Below, piece by piece: positions 29,387-39,205 of a stretch of 64,000 nt of DNA. Position 1 is the first letter of the stretch, and each line of letters starts with the position of its first letter. The DNA is from Candidatus Xenobia bacterium (GTDB taxonomy: Bacteria; Vulcanimicrobiota; Xenobia; Xenobiales; QWHO01). Under the pieces are notes generated by a model. The model was not told the DNA's origin, made no database searches, and saw only the letters and a program-made list of their open reading frames with translations. A program made the position numbers and the translations under genes. The DNA is taken from NCBI GenBank assembly GCA_045863235.1, contig BTUM01000007.1:1-64000 (forward strand). The letters run 5' to 3'.

Positions 29387-32146
29387 ATGCACCTCGGCGG
29401 GATCGGCCCCAAGGGCTTCACCCCTTTGCCCATGAGCGCAAGCGGGGCGACCGGCGACAGTCTGCCTGCGGACAGGGTCTCCCTCGGCGGGCCAGCGCCC
29501 GAGCCATCGCTGCCTGACCGCCCGACCGCCGCGCCAACGCTGCCTGACCAACAGGCCACCGCGCCAGGCACCCCCCCGGCCCAGCTCCTGGCCGAGCCCC
29601 CTGCCCCGCAAGTCCTGGACGACGACAACGACCGCTTCCTGGCCGGCCTGCGTCGGGCCGAGCGCCGTCAGCACGCCCCCCTGCTCCTCAACCTGGACAA
29701 ACTGGAAGGCGAGGCCCGCGATCAGGCGCTCAACCTGGCCCGAGACCTGACTGCCACCAGTCAGGATCCGCTGGTCCGCCGCCTGGCCCGGCGTGTCTGG
29801 CCGGATAGCCAGCCGCAGCAGGTCCCCGGGCCCGGGCCCAGAGAGCCGCTCGCACCCGAGGCGCCCCTGGAGGCTTTGATCGAGAGCGTCCTGCAACCTG
29901 GCGCCCCGGCTCAGGACCGTCAGCGCCTCGCCACCGCCATCCGCGACCCCGAGCACAAAGACCGGCTGGCCCCGCACGTCGATCGCCTCAGCCGCGCGGT
30001 CCGAGAGAGCCATCCCGAGCAAGATATGGACCTGGATTTCTCGCGCGTGCACCTCACTGGCTCGCTGCTGGCGGCGTTCCCCGAGGTGCTGACCGAGGAC
30101 TTCTTCCGCCACGAGGTGCTGGGGCTGGCCCAGCGCTCCCATTCCATCACTTCGGACGCGGCCCGCGAGCTGGCCACCGATTGTCTCAAATCGCGCCCCG
30201 AGCTGCGCGATCTCATTCCCGAGGTCATCCTGGCCTGTCGCGAGCGCAACCTGGACAGGCTCGATTCGCGCGACCTGGCCCTGCTGGCCCTGGCCAGCGA
30301 GCAGGGCTGGGTGCCGGGAAGCGAGACCCAGAAGGACTGGCTGGCCCAGTGGCTGCACGTGCCCGAATCGCTGGCCTCCAGCCCGACCTTCCAGAAATGC
30401 CTGGCAATGGTCAGCCAGCATGCTTCTCTCTACGCCGACTGCGAGCTGCCCGGGCCCGACGGCCAGGTTCAGAAGCTGCCCGTGGCGCTGTTGATGCGAG
30501 CCAGCCTCGAGCCGGATCACTCCGACCTGGCCGAAGAGGCGGTCGGCACTTCGGTCCGCGTCCGACCGGTCCAGGCCTGGCACCAGCGCCTGATCGAGCT
30601 GATCCGGCAAGCCCGGCCCGAGCCCCTGCTGGCGCGCACCGAGGAGTTCTATCGCCAGGCCGGCTCGCTGCAACGACTGAGCGAGGAGGAGCGCACCCGG
30701 TTGGCCCTGGTTTCCACCCTGCCGGGAACCGACGAGAAGCTGGCCGCGCTGTTGAGCGACGAGCGCAACCAGAAGGCGGGCGTGCTCAACCCGCTGGTGG
30801 ATCGACTGGTGCGCGACCCTCGCCGCGCTGAGATCCTGCGCGAGATGAGCCAGCCCGGAGTGACGGCGGCGCGAGTCGTGGAGCTGGGTCGCGAGTCCCT
30901 GGCCATGACCATGACCGGAACGAGCGAGGAGCCGCTGGCTTCCGTTCAGAGCAAGATGCTCGAGGTGCTCGAGAATGGCTCGTCGGTGGCCGTGTGCGAG
31001 CAGGGCGAGAAGCTCCTGGCCGAGCTCGCGCCCGAGCTGGCCCGCTATCGAGCCATCGAGGAGGTGCCGCCCGAGGTGGTGGTCAATCTGGGCTTGCTGA
31101 CGCCCTTCCTGTGCCTGGATCCGGAGCTGCGCAAGAAGGCCGAGCCCACCATGATCTCCTTCCAGAACATCGACCGGAATGGCTGGGGTGCGGGCTGGCT
31201 GCACGTGGGCAACCAGCTCTCCCGGATGGTGATGACCTCCATCAAGGACGATTTGAGCCATCTCAAGCCGCATGAGCAACGCACCCGCATCCACGAAGCA
31301 GTGAACCTGGCTTTCTTGCTGGGGAAAGGGCGGCAGTCCAACTTGAGTCTGCCTCTAGCCGAGTGGAGCCGCACCTGCACCGAGCCTGCCGGATTCCCTC
31401 GCGAGCACTGGGCCACCGACCGGGTGGCCTGGATGGAGACGGGCCTGGCCAGCGTCAAAGAGCCGCGGCTTCGCCGGGAATGGGCTCGCCAGGCGGCCGA
31501 CCTGAAGCATTCGGGCCGTTTGCCTGAAATCGCTCAGTTTGCGGCCGACGTGGCCCGCGAGATGCTGGCCGACGAGCTGGAGCGGCTCAAGTCGAGCGAC
31601 CTCACTTTGTTTGAGCGCTCGCGCCACTTTGGCACGGCGGTCGACCTGGTCGGCGCGATGGGGGAAGGGGTGCGCGACCTGGAGTCGAGCTTCCTGGAGA
31701 ACGCCTCGGACTGGGAGAAGAGCCTGAAGAACAGCACGGGCTTCTCGGGGGCGTCCCGAATTCACGAGCTCATCGCGCGCCAGCCGGGGGAGCCGGCCGA
31801 GACCTGGGCCCTGCTCCAGCCCGTGGTGGGCAAGCTGGCCCCTCACCTGGGGTTGGGGCGGTTGCTCGAGGCCCTGGATGAAGTTCCTGGCCGCGAGCTC
31901 AAGCCTGAAGTCGAGCAGTTCGACCGTCTGGTGAGCGCGCTTGGCCCCGACAAAGCTTACGATGCGTTGCAGCTCTTTCGACAGGTCAAGATTCTTGAGA
32001 AAGAGGGCCTCCCGGTGGAGCAGGCGCTGACGCGCGTGGTGAAGCAGCACCTGAAGATGGAGGCTGATCCGGGCGGCGCGCTCAAAGAGAGCGAGCGCTC
32101 TGTGACCATGGGCGGCGTGCAGCTACGCAAGCGGACGCGGACCTAA
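29387..32146 (+). CDS. large helical hypothetical protein with Pro-rich low-complexity N-terminus
   Basis: 919-aa ORF with coherent codon usage; no catalytic motif recognised. Confidence 0.75.
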   Translation: MHLGGIGPKGFTPLPMSASGATGDSLPADRVSLGGPAPEPSLPDRPTAAPTLPDQQATAPGTPPAQLLAEPPAPQVLDDDNDRFLAGLRRAERRQHAPLLLNLDKLEGEARDQALNLARDLTATSQDPLVRRLARRVWPDSQPQQVPGPGPREPLAPEAPLEALIESVLQPGAPAQDRQRLATAIRDPEHKDRLAPHVDRLSRAVRESHPEQDMDLDFSRVHLTGSLLAAFPEVLTEDFFRHEVLGLAQRSHSITSDAARELATDCLKSRPELRDLIPEVILACRERNLDRLDSRDLALLALASEQGWVPGSETQKDWLAQWLHVPESLASSPTFQKCLAMVSQHASLYADCELPGPDGQVQKLPVALLMRASLEPDHSDLAEEAVGTSVRVRPVQAWHQRLIELIRQARPEPLLARTEEFYRQAGSLQRLSEEERTRLALVSTLPGTDEKLAALLSDERNQKAGVLNPLVDRLVRDPRRAEILREMSQPGVTAARVVELGRESLAMTMTGTSEEPLASVQSKMLEVLENGSSVAVCEQGEKLLAELAPELARYRAIEEVPPEVVVNLGLLTPFLCLDPELRKKAEPTMISFQNIDRNGWGAGWLHVGNQLSRMVMTSIKDDLSHLKPHEQRTRIHEAVNLAFLLGKGRQSNLSLPLAEWSRTCTEPAGFPREHWATDRVAWMETGLASVKEPRLRREWARQAADLKHSGRLPEIAQFAADVAREMLADELERLKSSDLTLFERSRHFGTAVDLVGAMGEGVRDLESSFLENASDWEKSLKNSTGFSGASRIHELIARQPGEPAETWALLQPVVGKLAPHLGLGRLLEALDEVPGRELKPEVEQFDRLVSALGPDKAYDALQLFRQVKILEKEGLPVEQALTRVVKQHLKMEADPGGALKESERSVTMGGVQLRKRTRT

Positions 32147-32207
32147 AGGGGCGGCCGGAAAGGCCGTGCCGATCAATACATGGCCGCCTGCACAATGTGC
32201 GCTCCCT

Positions 32208-32702
32208 TTAGCGACCCGGAAAACTCCACTTGCTCTTGCGCTTGCGCTCTTGCAGCTTGTCCATGTCGGTGCGCATCTTGTCCGACTCGGCTCGCAGGAA
32301 CTCGACCACCTCGGCGTGCACGGCCACCTCGTCGCGCCAGGCCTGGGCCGAGTCCTGGTAGAACTCGCAGTCCTGGGCCAGCTTGTGGTTCTCCTTGCGC
32401 AGCTTCTCGATCTGTGCTTTGAGCTGCTGCACTTCCTTGCGGGCCATCTCGCAGCGCAGCATGGCCTCCAGGGCGCGCTGTTGCAGGGCCTCGGAGCGGT
32501 CTTTCTCCTTGCGTAGCTCGGCTCGCAGGGCGGGGTCGGCGTTCAGGGCCAGATCCAGCTTGCGCTCGCGCTCGGCCTGGTCGCTCAGGTTCGAGAATAG
32601 CTCGCGCTCGAGGCGCATGAGCCGGCGCATCTCCATCGAGCGCGGCTCGGTCTCGTCGGAGAGGGAGACGATTTTTGGCTTTTTGCTGGATTCCCCCGCC
32701 AA
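32208..32702 (-). CDS. coiled-coil hypothetical protein
   Basis: Heptad-rich E/K/R/L sequence; GAGG upstream of a TTG start. Confidence 0.65.
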   Translation of the reverse strand: MAGESSKKPKIVSLSDETEPRSMEMRRLMRLERELFSNLSDQAERERKLDLALNADPALRAELRKEKDRSEALQQRALEAMLRCEMARKEVQQLKAQIEKLRKENHKLAQDCEFYQDSAQAWRDEVAVHAEVVEFLRAESDKMRTDMDKLQERKRKSKWSFPGR

Positions 32703-32815
32703 AGTCGGGACCTCTTTTCCAGGCGCAGAGTCCCCTCAGGAATAACCCGTTTTCGTCGCGCTGTCAATATCCGGTTAACATCGAGCCGGCCCGGGCCGTC
32801 TGACAATGGCACGTC

Positions 32816-33493
32816 ATGCCCAGGCGCATCCTGATCGCGTTGCTGGTGACCCTCTCTTTGACGGCTGTGGCCCAGGAGACGGGTCTGCAGGGCTTTTTCG
32901 CGGGCACCACCCCGGAGGGGGCCATCTTCCTGGCCCAGAGCCATCAGGATCTGTCCGGCTCACTGCTGATCCGGCCCGCCGGCGTGACCGTTCCCACCAA
33001 GGCGGCTAACGCCTACAACAAGTACTGCAGCCAGGTGCTGGGAGGGCGCCTGCTGACGGTGCGCATCTACGGGGCTGCGGGCCCCATCTCGAGCGGCGAG
33101 ATCACCATCGTGGCCGGCGAGAAGCGCATCAATTTCAACAAGCAGCTGCTGGCCGACGGCTACGCAACCCTGAACCGCGACGATCCGCGTTTCTCGGGTT
33201 GGGACAAGTACGAGGCCATGGGCAAGCAGCGCAAAGTGGGGGTGTGGGCGGTCGGCAAGCCGGTCTGGCCGATTCCCAAGCTGCCGACCGGCCAGACCTC
33301 GGGGGGAACCGACCGCGACCGGGTCATCGCTCAGTACGGGCAGCCCAACCACACCAACCGCACCACCGTGCCCGACAACGAGAGCATCACCAGCTATCAC
33401 ACCTACATCACCGACTTCTACTTCCAGCAAGGCCTGGTCTTCATTTACCGAGACGGCAAGCTGGTCAACAAGCAGCCGTACCGGGAGCGCTGA
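32816..33493 (+). CDS. secreted protein with thermonuclease(SNase)-like C-terminal helix motif
   Basis: Signal peptide; NFNKQLLADGYA...EAMGKQRKVGVW resembles the SNase tail; catalytic residues not evident. Confidence 0.55.
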   Translation: MPRRILIALLVTLSLTAVAQETGLQGFFAGTTPEGAIFLAQSHQDLSGSLLIRPAGVTVPTKAANAYNKYCSQVLGGRLLTVRIYGAAGPISSGEITIVAGEKRINFNKQLLADGYATLNRDDPRFSGWDKYEAMGKQRKVGVWAVGKPVWPIPKLPTGQTSGGTDRDRVIAQYGQPNHTNRTTVPDNESITSYHTYITDFYFQQGLVFIYRDGKLVNKQPYRER

Positions 33494-34855
33494 ATGCGAA
33501 AGCTGATCCTGCTCATCTGTCTTGTCTTGGGCCTGGCCGCCACCGCGTGGGCCGACGAGCCCCAGCCCCTCATCGAGGAGGAGGATTGGACCAACGTGCG
33601 TCCGGCCGTCGATCCTTCCCTCAGCGGGCGCCCGCCGGCGCTGACCTGGTGGTGTGGGCCCTATGCCGAAGAGGTGGGCTGGGCCGTGCAGGTGGCCAAT
33701 CGCTGGAACCGGCTGCACCCCGACCAGCCCGTCGAGCTGCGCTCATTGCCGCCTCACCGGCTGGCCGAGGATGTCTTCCGCGAGGCCATCGCGGCCGGGC
33801 ACACGCCTGACCTGACCAACTTCCTGTTCCCCACCAATGCCCACGAGTTCGCCGCTCGGGGAGCGTTGCTGTCGCTCGACTCCATCCCGGGCATGACCGA
33901 GTACCTGGCCCAGCGCTGTGGCCAGGGGGCCGACCGCTCCTTCCGCTCACCCGATGGGCGCCTCTACCAGTTCCCCTGGAAAGGCAACCCGCTGATGATG
34001 CAGTACAACGCGGCCATGTTCCGCCGCTACAACCTGCGTCCCCCGCGCACCTACTCCGAGTTCCTCAAGAGCGCCAAGGTGCTGGCCGCGGCCGGCAAGG
34101 CCGAAGGCCGCCCGCTCTACCTCTGGGCGCCCAACCCCGGGCCCCAGTTCTGGCACCGCTACTACGACTTCTACCCGCTCTACCTGGCCGCCTCGGGCGG
34201 TCAAGGGCTGTTGACGCCCGAGGGCAAAGCTGCCTTCGACAATCCCGCGGGCGTTGCCGTGATGCGCTTTCTGGCCGACCTGTGGCGCGAGGGCCTGGCT
34301 CCCCGCCAGAACCTCTATCCCGACGACCTCGACCAGGTGCGCGCCTTTGCCGATGGGGGACTGGGGATGATGCTGACCGGCCCCTGGAACATCATGCAGG
34401 TGCGCGACCTTGCCGGTGAGGAGTTCCAGTTCGATTTCGCCCAGCTGCCCGTGCCCGATGGCCGCCCTGCCGCCGAGCCCGTCTACAGCTACGGCAACTA
34501 CCGCAACTTCGGCATCTTCTCCAGTTGCAAGAACCAGGCCCTGGCGGCCGAGTTCGTGCGCTTTGCCACCTCCAACGAGAGCGATCTGGGCTTTCTCTAC
34601 TCGGCCCTGCAGTTGCCCGTGCGCAACGACCTGGAGGAGGAGCCGCTCTTCGTGCTGGCCCTGCAGCAGAGCCCGGCCGCCCTGCTCAAGTTCGCCGTGC
34701 AGGGGCGCTGGGAAGAGCCGGTAGGCAACGTTCCCCACTTCAATCGGGTGCTGCAGATCCTCTCCGATGAGCTGGTACTGTGCGCGGTGGAGGGCAAGAA
34801 GACGCCCGAGCAGGCGGTGCACGACGCCGCCCGACGAATCGACGCCGGGGAATAG
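33494..34855 (+). CDS. ABC transporter extracellular solute-binding protein (family 1, sugar-like)
   Basis: AIAAGHTPDL, DGRLYQFPW, YNAAMF, PRTYSEFL, GMMLTGPW. Confidence 0.8.
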   Translation: MRKLILLICLVLGLAATAWADEPQPLIEEEDWTNVRPAVDPSLSGRPPALTWWCGPYAEEVGWAVQVANRWNRLHPDQPVELRSLPPHRLAEDVFREAIAAGHTPDLTNFLFPTNAHEFAARGALLSLDSIPGMTEYLAQRCGQGADRSFRSPDGRLYQFPWKGNPLMMQYNAAMFRRYNLRPPRTYSEFLKSAKVLAAAGKAEGRPLYLWAPNPGPQFWHRYYDFYPLYLAASGGQGLLTPEGKAAFDNPAGVAVMRFLADLWREGLAPRQNLYPDDLDQVRAFADGGLGMMLTGPWNIMQVRDLAGEEFQFDFAQLPVPDGRPAAEPVYSYGNYRNFGIFSSCKNQALAAEFVRFATSNESDLGFLYSALQLPVRNDLEEEPLFVLALQQSPAALLKFAVQGRWEEPVGNVPHFNRVLQILSDELVLCAVEGKKTPEQAVHDAARRIDAGE

Positions 34856-34857
34856 GC

Positions 34858-35290
34858 TCAGATCAGCTCGCCGGCCCAGAGCTGGCGGACGAACTCGTCC
34901 AGGGGCAGGAGCTGGACCGGTCCGTGCCGGTCGGTCAGCTCCCGCGGACTCTTCTCCAGGCACACCACCATGCGCCGACCCACCGGAGCGTCGTCGCTCA
35001 AAGCGGACAGCCCCTTCAGGTCGGTCTGGTGGACCCGTCCGCTCTTGACCTCGATGGCCAGCCGGCGATCATCGAGCAGAAAGTCCACCTCAAAGCCTGA
35101 TGCCGTGCGCCAGTAGCGGATCTCAAGCTCCGGGGCGCGGTAGGCCTGATAGGCTCGCAGCTCCACGAAGACCAGTTGCTCGAAGCTCCTGCCGAACTCG
35201 GGAGTGCCCGGGGCCGGTTTTCCGCGGCCCCCACAGGAAGACCGACTGCCCGGGACGGTCGGGGAGGGTCAGCAGCCTGCTGAGATTCAT
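34858..35290 (-). pseudogene. AAA_14/DUF4143 ATPase remnant with large internal deletion and frameshift
   Basis: MNLSRLLTLPDRPGQSVFLWGPRKTG (truncated Walker A) is joined out of frame to PGTPEFGRSFEQLVFVELR...YWRTASGFEVDF...AIEVK. Confidence 0.78.
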
Positions 35291-35353
35291 GCTCTATGGT
35301 TCCGAATATCAGGAAATTTCGACCTTCCACTCCGGATTATCAGCTCCGGGGAG

Positions 35354-35455
35354 CTAGCAGAGTGTCCTCGAAGAGGGCTTTTGCATCATCCTGCGCTCAA
35401 CAGATTGTGGAGCAGGCTGATGCCCTGCACAACCGGTCTTGCATCAGCCTGTTAG
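35354..35455. mobile_element. MITE-like element, copy 1
   Basis: CTAG CAGAGTG...TTTTGCATCATCCTGCGCTCAACAGATTGT...CAGGCTGATGCC...TTGCATCAGCCTG TTAG; homologous to 37124 and 53241. Confidence 0.7.
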
Positions 35456-37014
35456 TGAGGCCGGTTGAAGCGAGCCTGCAGCCCGTCGCCGTCGGCCAGA
35501 ACCCCGAAACGGGCGTTGGCGGCCAGGTGGCGGCAGATGTGGAAGACCGACTCCACCCGGTCGCTGGCCTTCAGCTTCTCGGCCACCTGCTCGGCGGTCT
35601 GGGGCTCAGGGCCGAGCGCGGCCACGATCTTTCCTTGCAGCTCGAGCACCGCGGCGGCGGCCTTCTTGCCGGCCTCCACTCCGGGCTGGTGGTAGGCGTT
35701 GATGTTGACCAGGAAGCCATAAAAGCCCACCGCTCGCTCGTAAAGCGCGATCAGCGCCCCGATGGTGCGCGCTGAGACATCCGGCACGGTGATCAGGATC
35801 GACTCGCGCCCACCCTCGGTCAGGGCTTCGCGGGTGCCCTGCCACATGCCCGAAAGGTAGTCTCCCGTGGTGGCGCCGGGAGAGACCTCGATGGAGTCGC
35901 CCCGGCGGTCGTGCTCGACCACGATGAAGGTGGCGAAAAAGTTGTTCAGACCGTCGCGCAGCTGCTGCACGTAGGCGTGCTGGTCGGTGGAGCCCTTGTT
36001 GCCGTAGACGGCGATGCCCTGGTGCACCACCTGGCCGGAAAGGTCGTCCTTCTTGCCCAGCGACTCCATCACCAGCTGCTGCAGATAGCGCGAGAAGAGG
36101 GCCAGACGGTCCTTGTAAGGCAGGATCACCATGTCCTTGAGGCCTTTGCCGCCGGTGGCCGCGTACCAGGCCAGGGCCAGCAGCCCGGCCGGATTCTGGT
36201 GAGAGGATTCGGCCCGGGTCAGCCGATCCATCGCCGATGCCCCGGCCAGCATGCCCTGGATGTCGATGCCCTGCAGAGCGGCCGGCAAGAGTCCCACGGC
36301 CGAGAGCTCGGAGGTGCGTCCGCCCACCCAGTCCCACATAGGGAAGCGCTCGAGCCAGCCTTCCTTCTCGGCCAGCTGGTCCAGCTTGCTGCCAGCGCCG
36401 GTGACGGCCACCGCCTGTTTGGCGAAATCGAGCCCCGCTTTCTTGCAGGCGTTCTGGGCCTCGATCATGCCGTTGAAGGTCTCCGGCGTTCCGCCTGACT
36501 TGGAGATCACCAGGATCAGCGTGTTCTTGAGCCGCTCGCCCAGCCCGGCCAGCACCCGGTCCATCCCGTCGGGATCGGTGTTGTCAAAAAAGTGCAGAGC
36601 CATCATGTCATTGGGCCCGCCCAGGGCGTCGTGCACGAACATCGGCCCCAGGGCCGAGCCCCCGATGCCGATGGAGAGGACGTCGGTGAAGTGCCGCTCG
36701 CCGTGAATCTTCCGCGCGAAGGCCAGGATGCGCTGCAAGGTGCCCTCGATCTCCTGGCGGATGGCCGGCTCGGGCGCAAGCTCGGGGGCGCGCAGCCAGT
36801 AGTGGCCCACCATGCGATTCTCGTCCGAGTTGGCGATGGCCCCGCCTTCCAGGGCTCGCATGGCGGCGGTGGCTTTGTGCCAGGCCTCCTGCATGCCCTG
36901 CAGCTGCTCCTCGCTCAGGCTGGTGCGGCTGACATCCAGAGACACGTCCAGTCCGGGATCGTGGTAGAAGAACTGGCAAAAGCGCTCCCAACTGGTGCTG
37001 AGCAGAGTGTTCAT
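35452..37014 (-). CDS. pgi: glucose-6-phosphate isomerase
   Basis: [52 protein letters not shown]. Confidence 0.96.
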   Translation of the reverse strand: MNTLLSTSWERFCQFFYHDPGLDVSLDVSRTSLSEEQLQGMQEAWHKATAAMRALEGGAIANSDENRMVGHYWLRAPELAPEPAIRQEIEGTLQRILAFARKIHGERHFTDVLSIGIGGSALGPMFVHDALGGPNDMMALHFFDNTDPDGMDRVLAGLGERLKNTLILVISKSGGTPETFNGMIEAQNACKKAGLDFAKQAVAVTGAGSKLDQLAEKEGWLERFPMWDWVGGRTSELSAVGLLPAALQGIDIQGMLAGASAMDRLTRAESSHQNPAGLLALAWYAATGGKGLKDMVILPYKDRLALFSRYLQQLVMESLGKKDDLSGQVVHQGIAVYGNKGSTDQHAYVQQLRDGLNNFFATFIVVEHDRRGDSIEVSPGATTGDYLSGMWQGTREALTEGGRESILITVPDVSARTIGALIALYERAVGFYGFLVNINAYHQPGVEAGKKAAAAVLELQGKIVAALGPEPQTAEQVAEKLKASDRVESVFHICRHLAANARFGVLADGDGLQARFNRPH

Positions 37015-37123
37015 GCGGCCCTCCGAGCGGGTGGAATGGCCCCGGCTTCGCTTGCGGCGCGGGATTGACCTTCACTTGCCCCCATTTCGGGCATGTCCTG
37101 GACTGCTCTGAACAGGGGCGAGG

Positions 37124-37163
37124 CTAGCAGAGTGATGCAAAAGTCCTCGCATCAGCCTGCTAG
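37124..37163. mobile_element. MITE-like element, minimal copy 2
   Basis: CTAG CAGAGTGATGCAAAAGTCCTCGCATCAGCCTG CTAG: imperfect terminal inverted repeats flanked by CTAG on both sides. Confidence 0.7.
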
Positions 37164-38797
37164 GTGGGGAGCGCTCCTTCCACTTCGGCCAGGCGATTCT
37201 GCAGTGACTTCTTCTGGTCCGGGCGCTGGGCCAGCTCCAGGGCCTTGCGGTAGGCCTCACGGGCCTGGGGCAGCTGGTTGCGCTTCTGGCGCAGCTCGCC
37301 CAGCGAGCTCCAGGCGGCGCAGTCGCGCGGGCTGCTCGAGACGGCCCGCTCGAGATAGCTCTGGGCGTCCTCCAGGTCGCCGCGATAGGCCAGCAGGTTG
37401 CCCAGGCCGGCCAGCAGCTCGGAGTCGCTCGGGTTGCGCTGCAGCTTCTGACGAAAGTCGCGCATGGCCTCATCGAAGAGAGGGTTGGCATCGGCCTCGC
37501 GACCCTGGCGTGCCAGCAGGTAGCCCAGGGTGGCCCGTACCGCCGGCCCGGCCTCGCCTGCCCGCAGGGCGCGCCGGTACTCGGCCTCGGCGTCATCCAG
37601 CCGACCGAGGCGCACATAGGCCTCGGCCAGGCGGCTGCGGGCCGCCGGCCGGGTCATCTCGCCCAGCAGGCCCGAGTCGGCCCGGCCCACGGCGCGCTCG
37701 AGCCAGCTGACGCAGAGCGTGTCCTCGCCCTGTAGCTCGTAAAAGCCGGCCCAGGCGAGCTGCACCAGGGGATGCTCCGGGTTCTGCTCTTGCAGGCGCT
37801 CGAGCAGGTCGCGGGCGGCTCCGAGCTGGCCCGAGGCCATCTCCAGCTCGAAGCGAGCCAGCATCAAGGAGAGATAGCGGGGGTTCTGGGAGATCTGCCG
37901 CCCGTTGCGCAGCTGCTGAGCGGCCTCCACCATCACCCGGGCCAGTGATTGCTCAAGGCTCTGGTGGGCCTCGGTGTAGCGACCGGCCCGGGTCTGGATC
38001 TCGCCCAGGGTCTGGAGAAAGAGCCCGGCCCAGGGGGGAGCGTGCCCGATCGCGTCGAGCAGGTAGCGCTCGGACTCCTCGACCCCGCGGGTGCGCTCGA
38101 GCAGCCCGGCCACGGCCACCCGGCTGTAGGCTGCCTCCAGCGAGCGAGGATCGCTCAGGATGGAGGCCTCCAGGGCCTGCACGGCCTCGTCGAGCTTGCC
38201 CTGGCGGGTGTGCAGCTGGGCTTTGGAGCGGAGCAGGTGGGCCCGCAGACGGGCCTGAGAGCGGCGAGACATTCCGAACTTGGTGCCGGCCCAGCGTGAA
38301 TCGAGCCGGTCGAGGGCCAGCCGGTACTCTTCCAGGGCTCGCTCCAGGTCGCCGGTCAGCTCGTAGAAGATGGCCCGCTGCTGGGCGTCCACCGGATGGG
38401 GTCGGCGGGGGACGCTCTCGAGCAGAGCCCGGGCCTCGTCGAGCTGGCCTTCCTGGCGCAAAAGGTGGGCTTCCAGGCGGCGCAGTGCGATCAGTCGAGG
38501 CCGCTTGCGGGCCACCGCGCGGGTAAGAGCGAGCATGGCCTGACGCACGCGCTCGGGGGGCAGGGGAGAGACCAGGCGCACGTCCAGGGCGGCCCGGTTC
38601 CAGATGGTGGTGAACTCCAGGCGGCGAGGCACCCAGGTGAGCAAGTGGTGGAAGGCCCGCTCGGCCTCCTCCAGGTGGCCCGAGGCAAGGCTGCGCTCGA
38701 GCCGGGTCAGCCAGTGCAGGCTCAAGAGGTGGAGCGCGGTGAGGGTGACCAGCATCGTGGACAGGAAGATCAGTAGAAAGTTGTAGGCAAGCTCCAC
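37160..38797 (-). CDS. membrane-anchored TPR protein
   Basis: N-terminal hydrophobic helix followed by many TPR motifs (LGRLDDAEAEYRRAL, AWSSLGEL). Confidence 0.85.
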   Translation of the reverse strand: MELAYNFLLIFLSTMLVTLTALHLLSLHWLTRLERSLASGHLEEAERAFHHLLTWVPRRLEFTTIWNRAALDVRLVSPLPPERVRQAMLALTRAVARKRPRLIALRRLEAHLLRQEGQLDEARALLESVPRRPHPVDAQQRAIFYELTGDLERALEEYRLALDRLDSRWAGTKFGMSRRSQARLRAHLLRSKAQLHTRQGKLDEAVQALEASILSDPRSLEAAYSRVAVAGLLERTRGVEESERYLLDAIGHAPPWAGLFLQTLGEIQTRAGRYTEAHQSLEQSLARVMVEAAQQLRNGRQISQNPRYLSLMLARFELEMASGQLGAARDLLERLQEQNPEHPLVQLAWAGFYELQGEDTLCVSWLERAVGRADSGLLGEMTRPAARSRLAEAYVRLGRLDDAEAEYRRALRAGEAGPAVRATLGYLLARQGREADANPLFDEAMRDFRQKLQRNPSDSELLAGLGNLLAYRGDLEDAQSYLERAVSSSPRDCAAWSSLGELRQKRNQLPQAREAYRKALELAQRPDQKKSLQNRLAEVEGALPT

Positions 38798-38852
38798 GGG
38801 AATTAGTTTCGACGCGGGCGCGGCCGGCCCTGTGAAGGCGGGGATCTGGCCG

Positions 38853-38882
38853 TGGACAGCCGGTTGACACTCATGCTATAGT
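38853..38882 (+). promoter_or_regulatory. putative sigma70 promoter of the tRNA cluster
   Basis: TGGACA at 38853, 18-bp spacer, extended -10 TGcTATAGT ending at 38882, 11 nt before tRNA-Gly. Confidence 0.55.
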
Positions 38883-38893
38883 ATCATTCGCCC

Positions 38894-38968
38894 GCGGAAG
38901 TAGCTCAGCGGTAGAGCATCGGCTTCCCAAGCCGAGGGTCGCGAGTTCGAATCTCGTCTTCCGCTCCA
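38894..38968 (+). tRNA. tRNA-Gly(CCC)
   Basis: Acceptor GCGGAAG/CTTCCGC, anticodon arm TCGGC-TTCCCAA-GCCGA, TTCGAAT loop, encoded CCA. Confidence 0.97.
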
Positions 38969-38975
38969 CACATCC

Positions 38976-39049
38976 GGCGATGTGGCCGAGGGGTTAGGCA
39001 GCGGTCTGCAAAACCGCGCACCGCAGTTCGACTCTGCGCGTCGCCTCCA
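38976..39049 (+). tRNA. tRNA-Cys(GCA)
   Basis: Acceptor GGCGATG/CGTCGCC, anticodon arm GCGGT-CTGCAAA-ACCGC, TTCGACT loop, CCA. Confidence 0.96.
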
Positions 39050-39056
39050 TACACAC

Positions 39057-39133
<77 letters not shown>

Positions 39134-39136
39134 TTC

Positions 39137-39167
39137 GAGGCCTGCCATCGTGCAGGCCTCTGTCTTT
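39137..39167 (+). terminator. intrinsic terminator after the tRNA cluster
   Basis: GAGGCCTGC-catcgt-GCAGGCCTC followed by TGTCTTT. Confidence 0.7.
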
Positions 39168-39205
39168 GCCCTGGACTTGAGAGGGATTCAAGGACGCTGG
39201 TCCGA

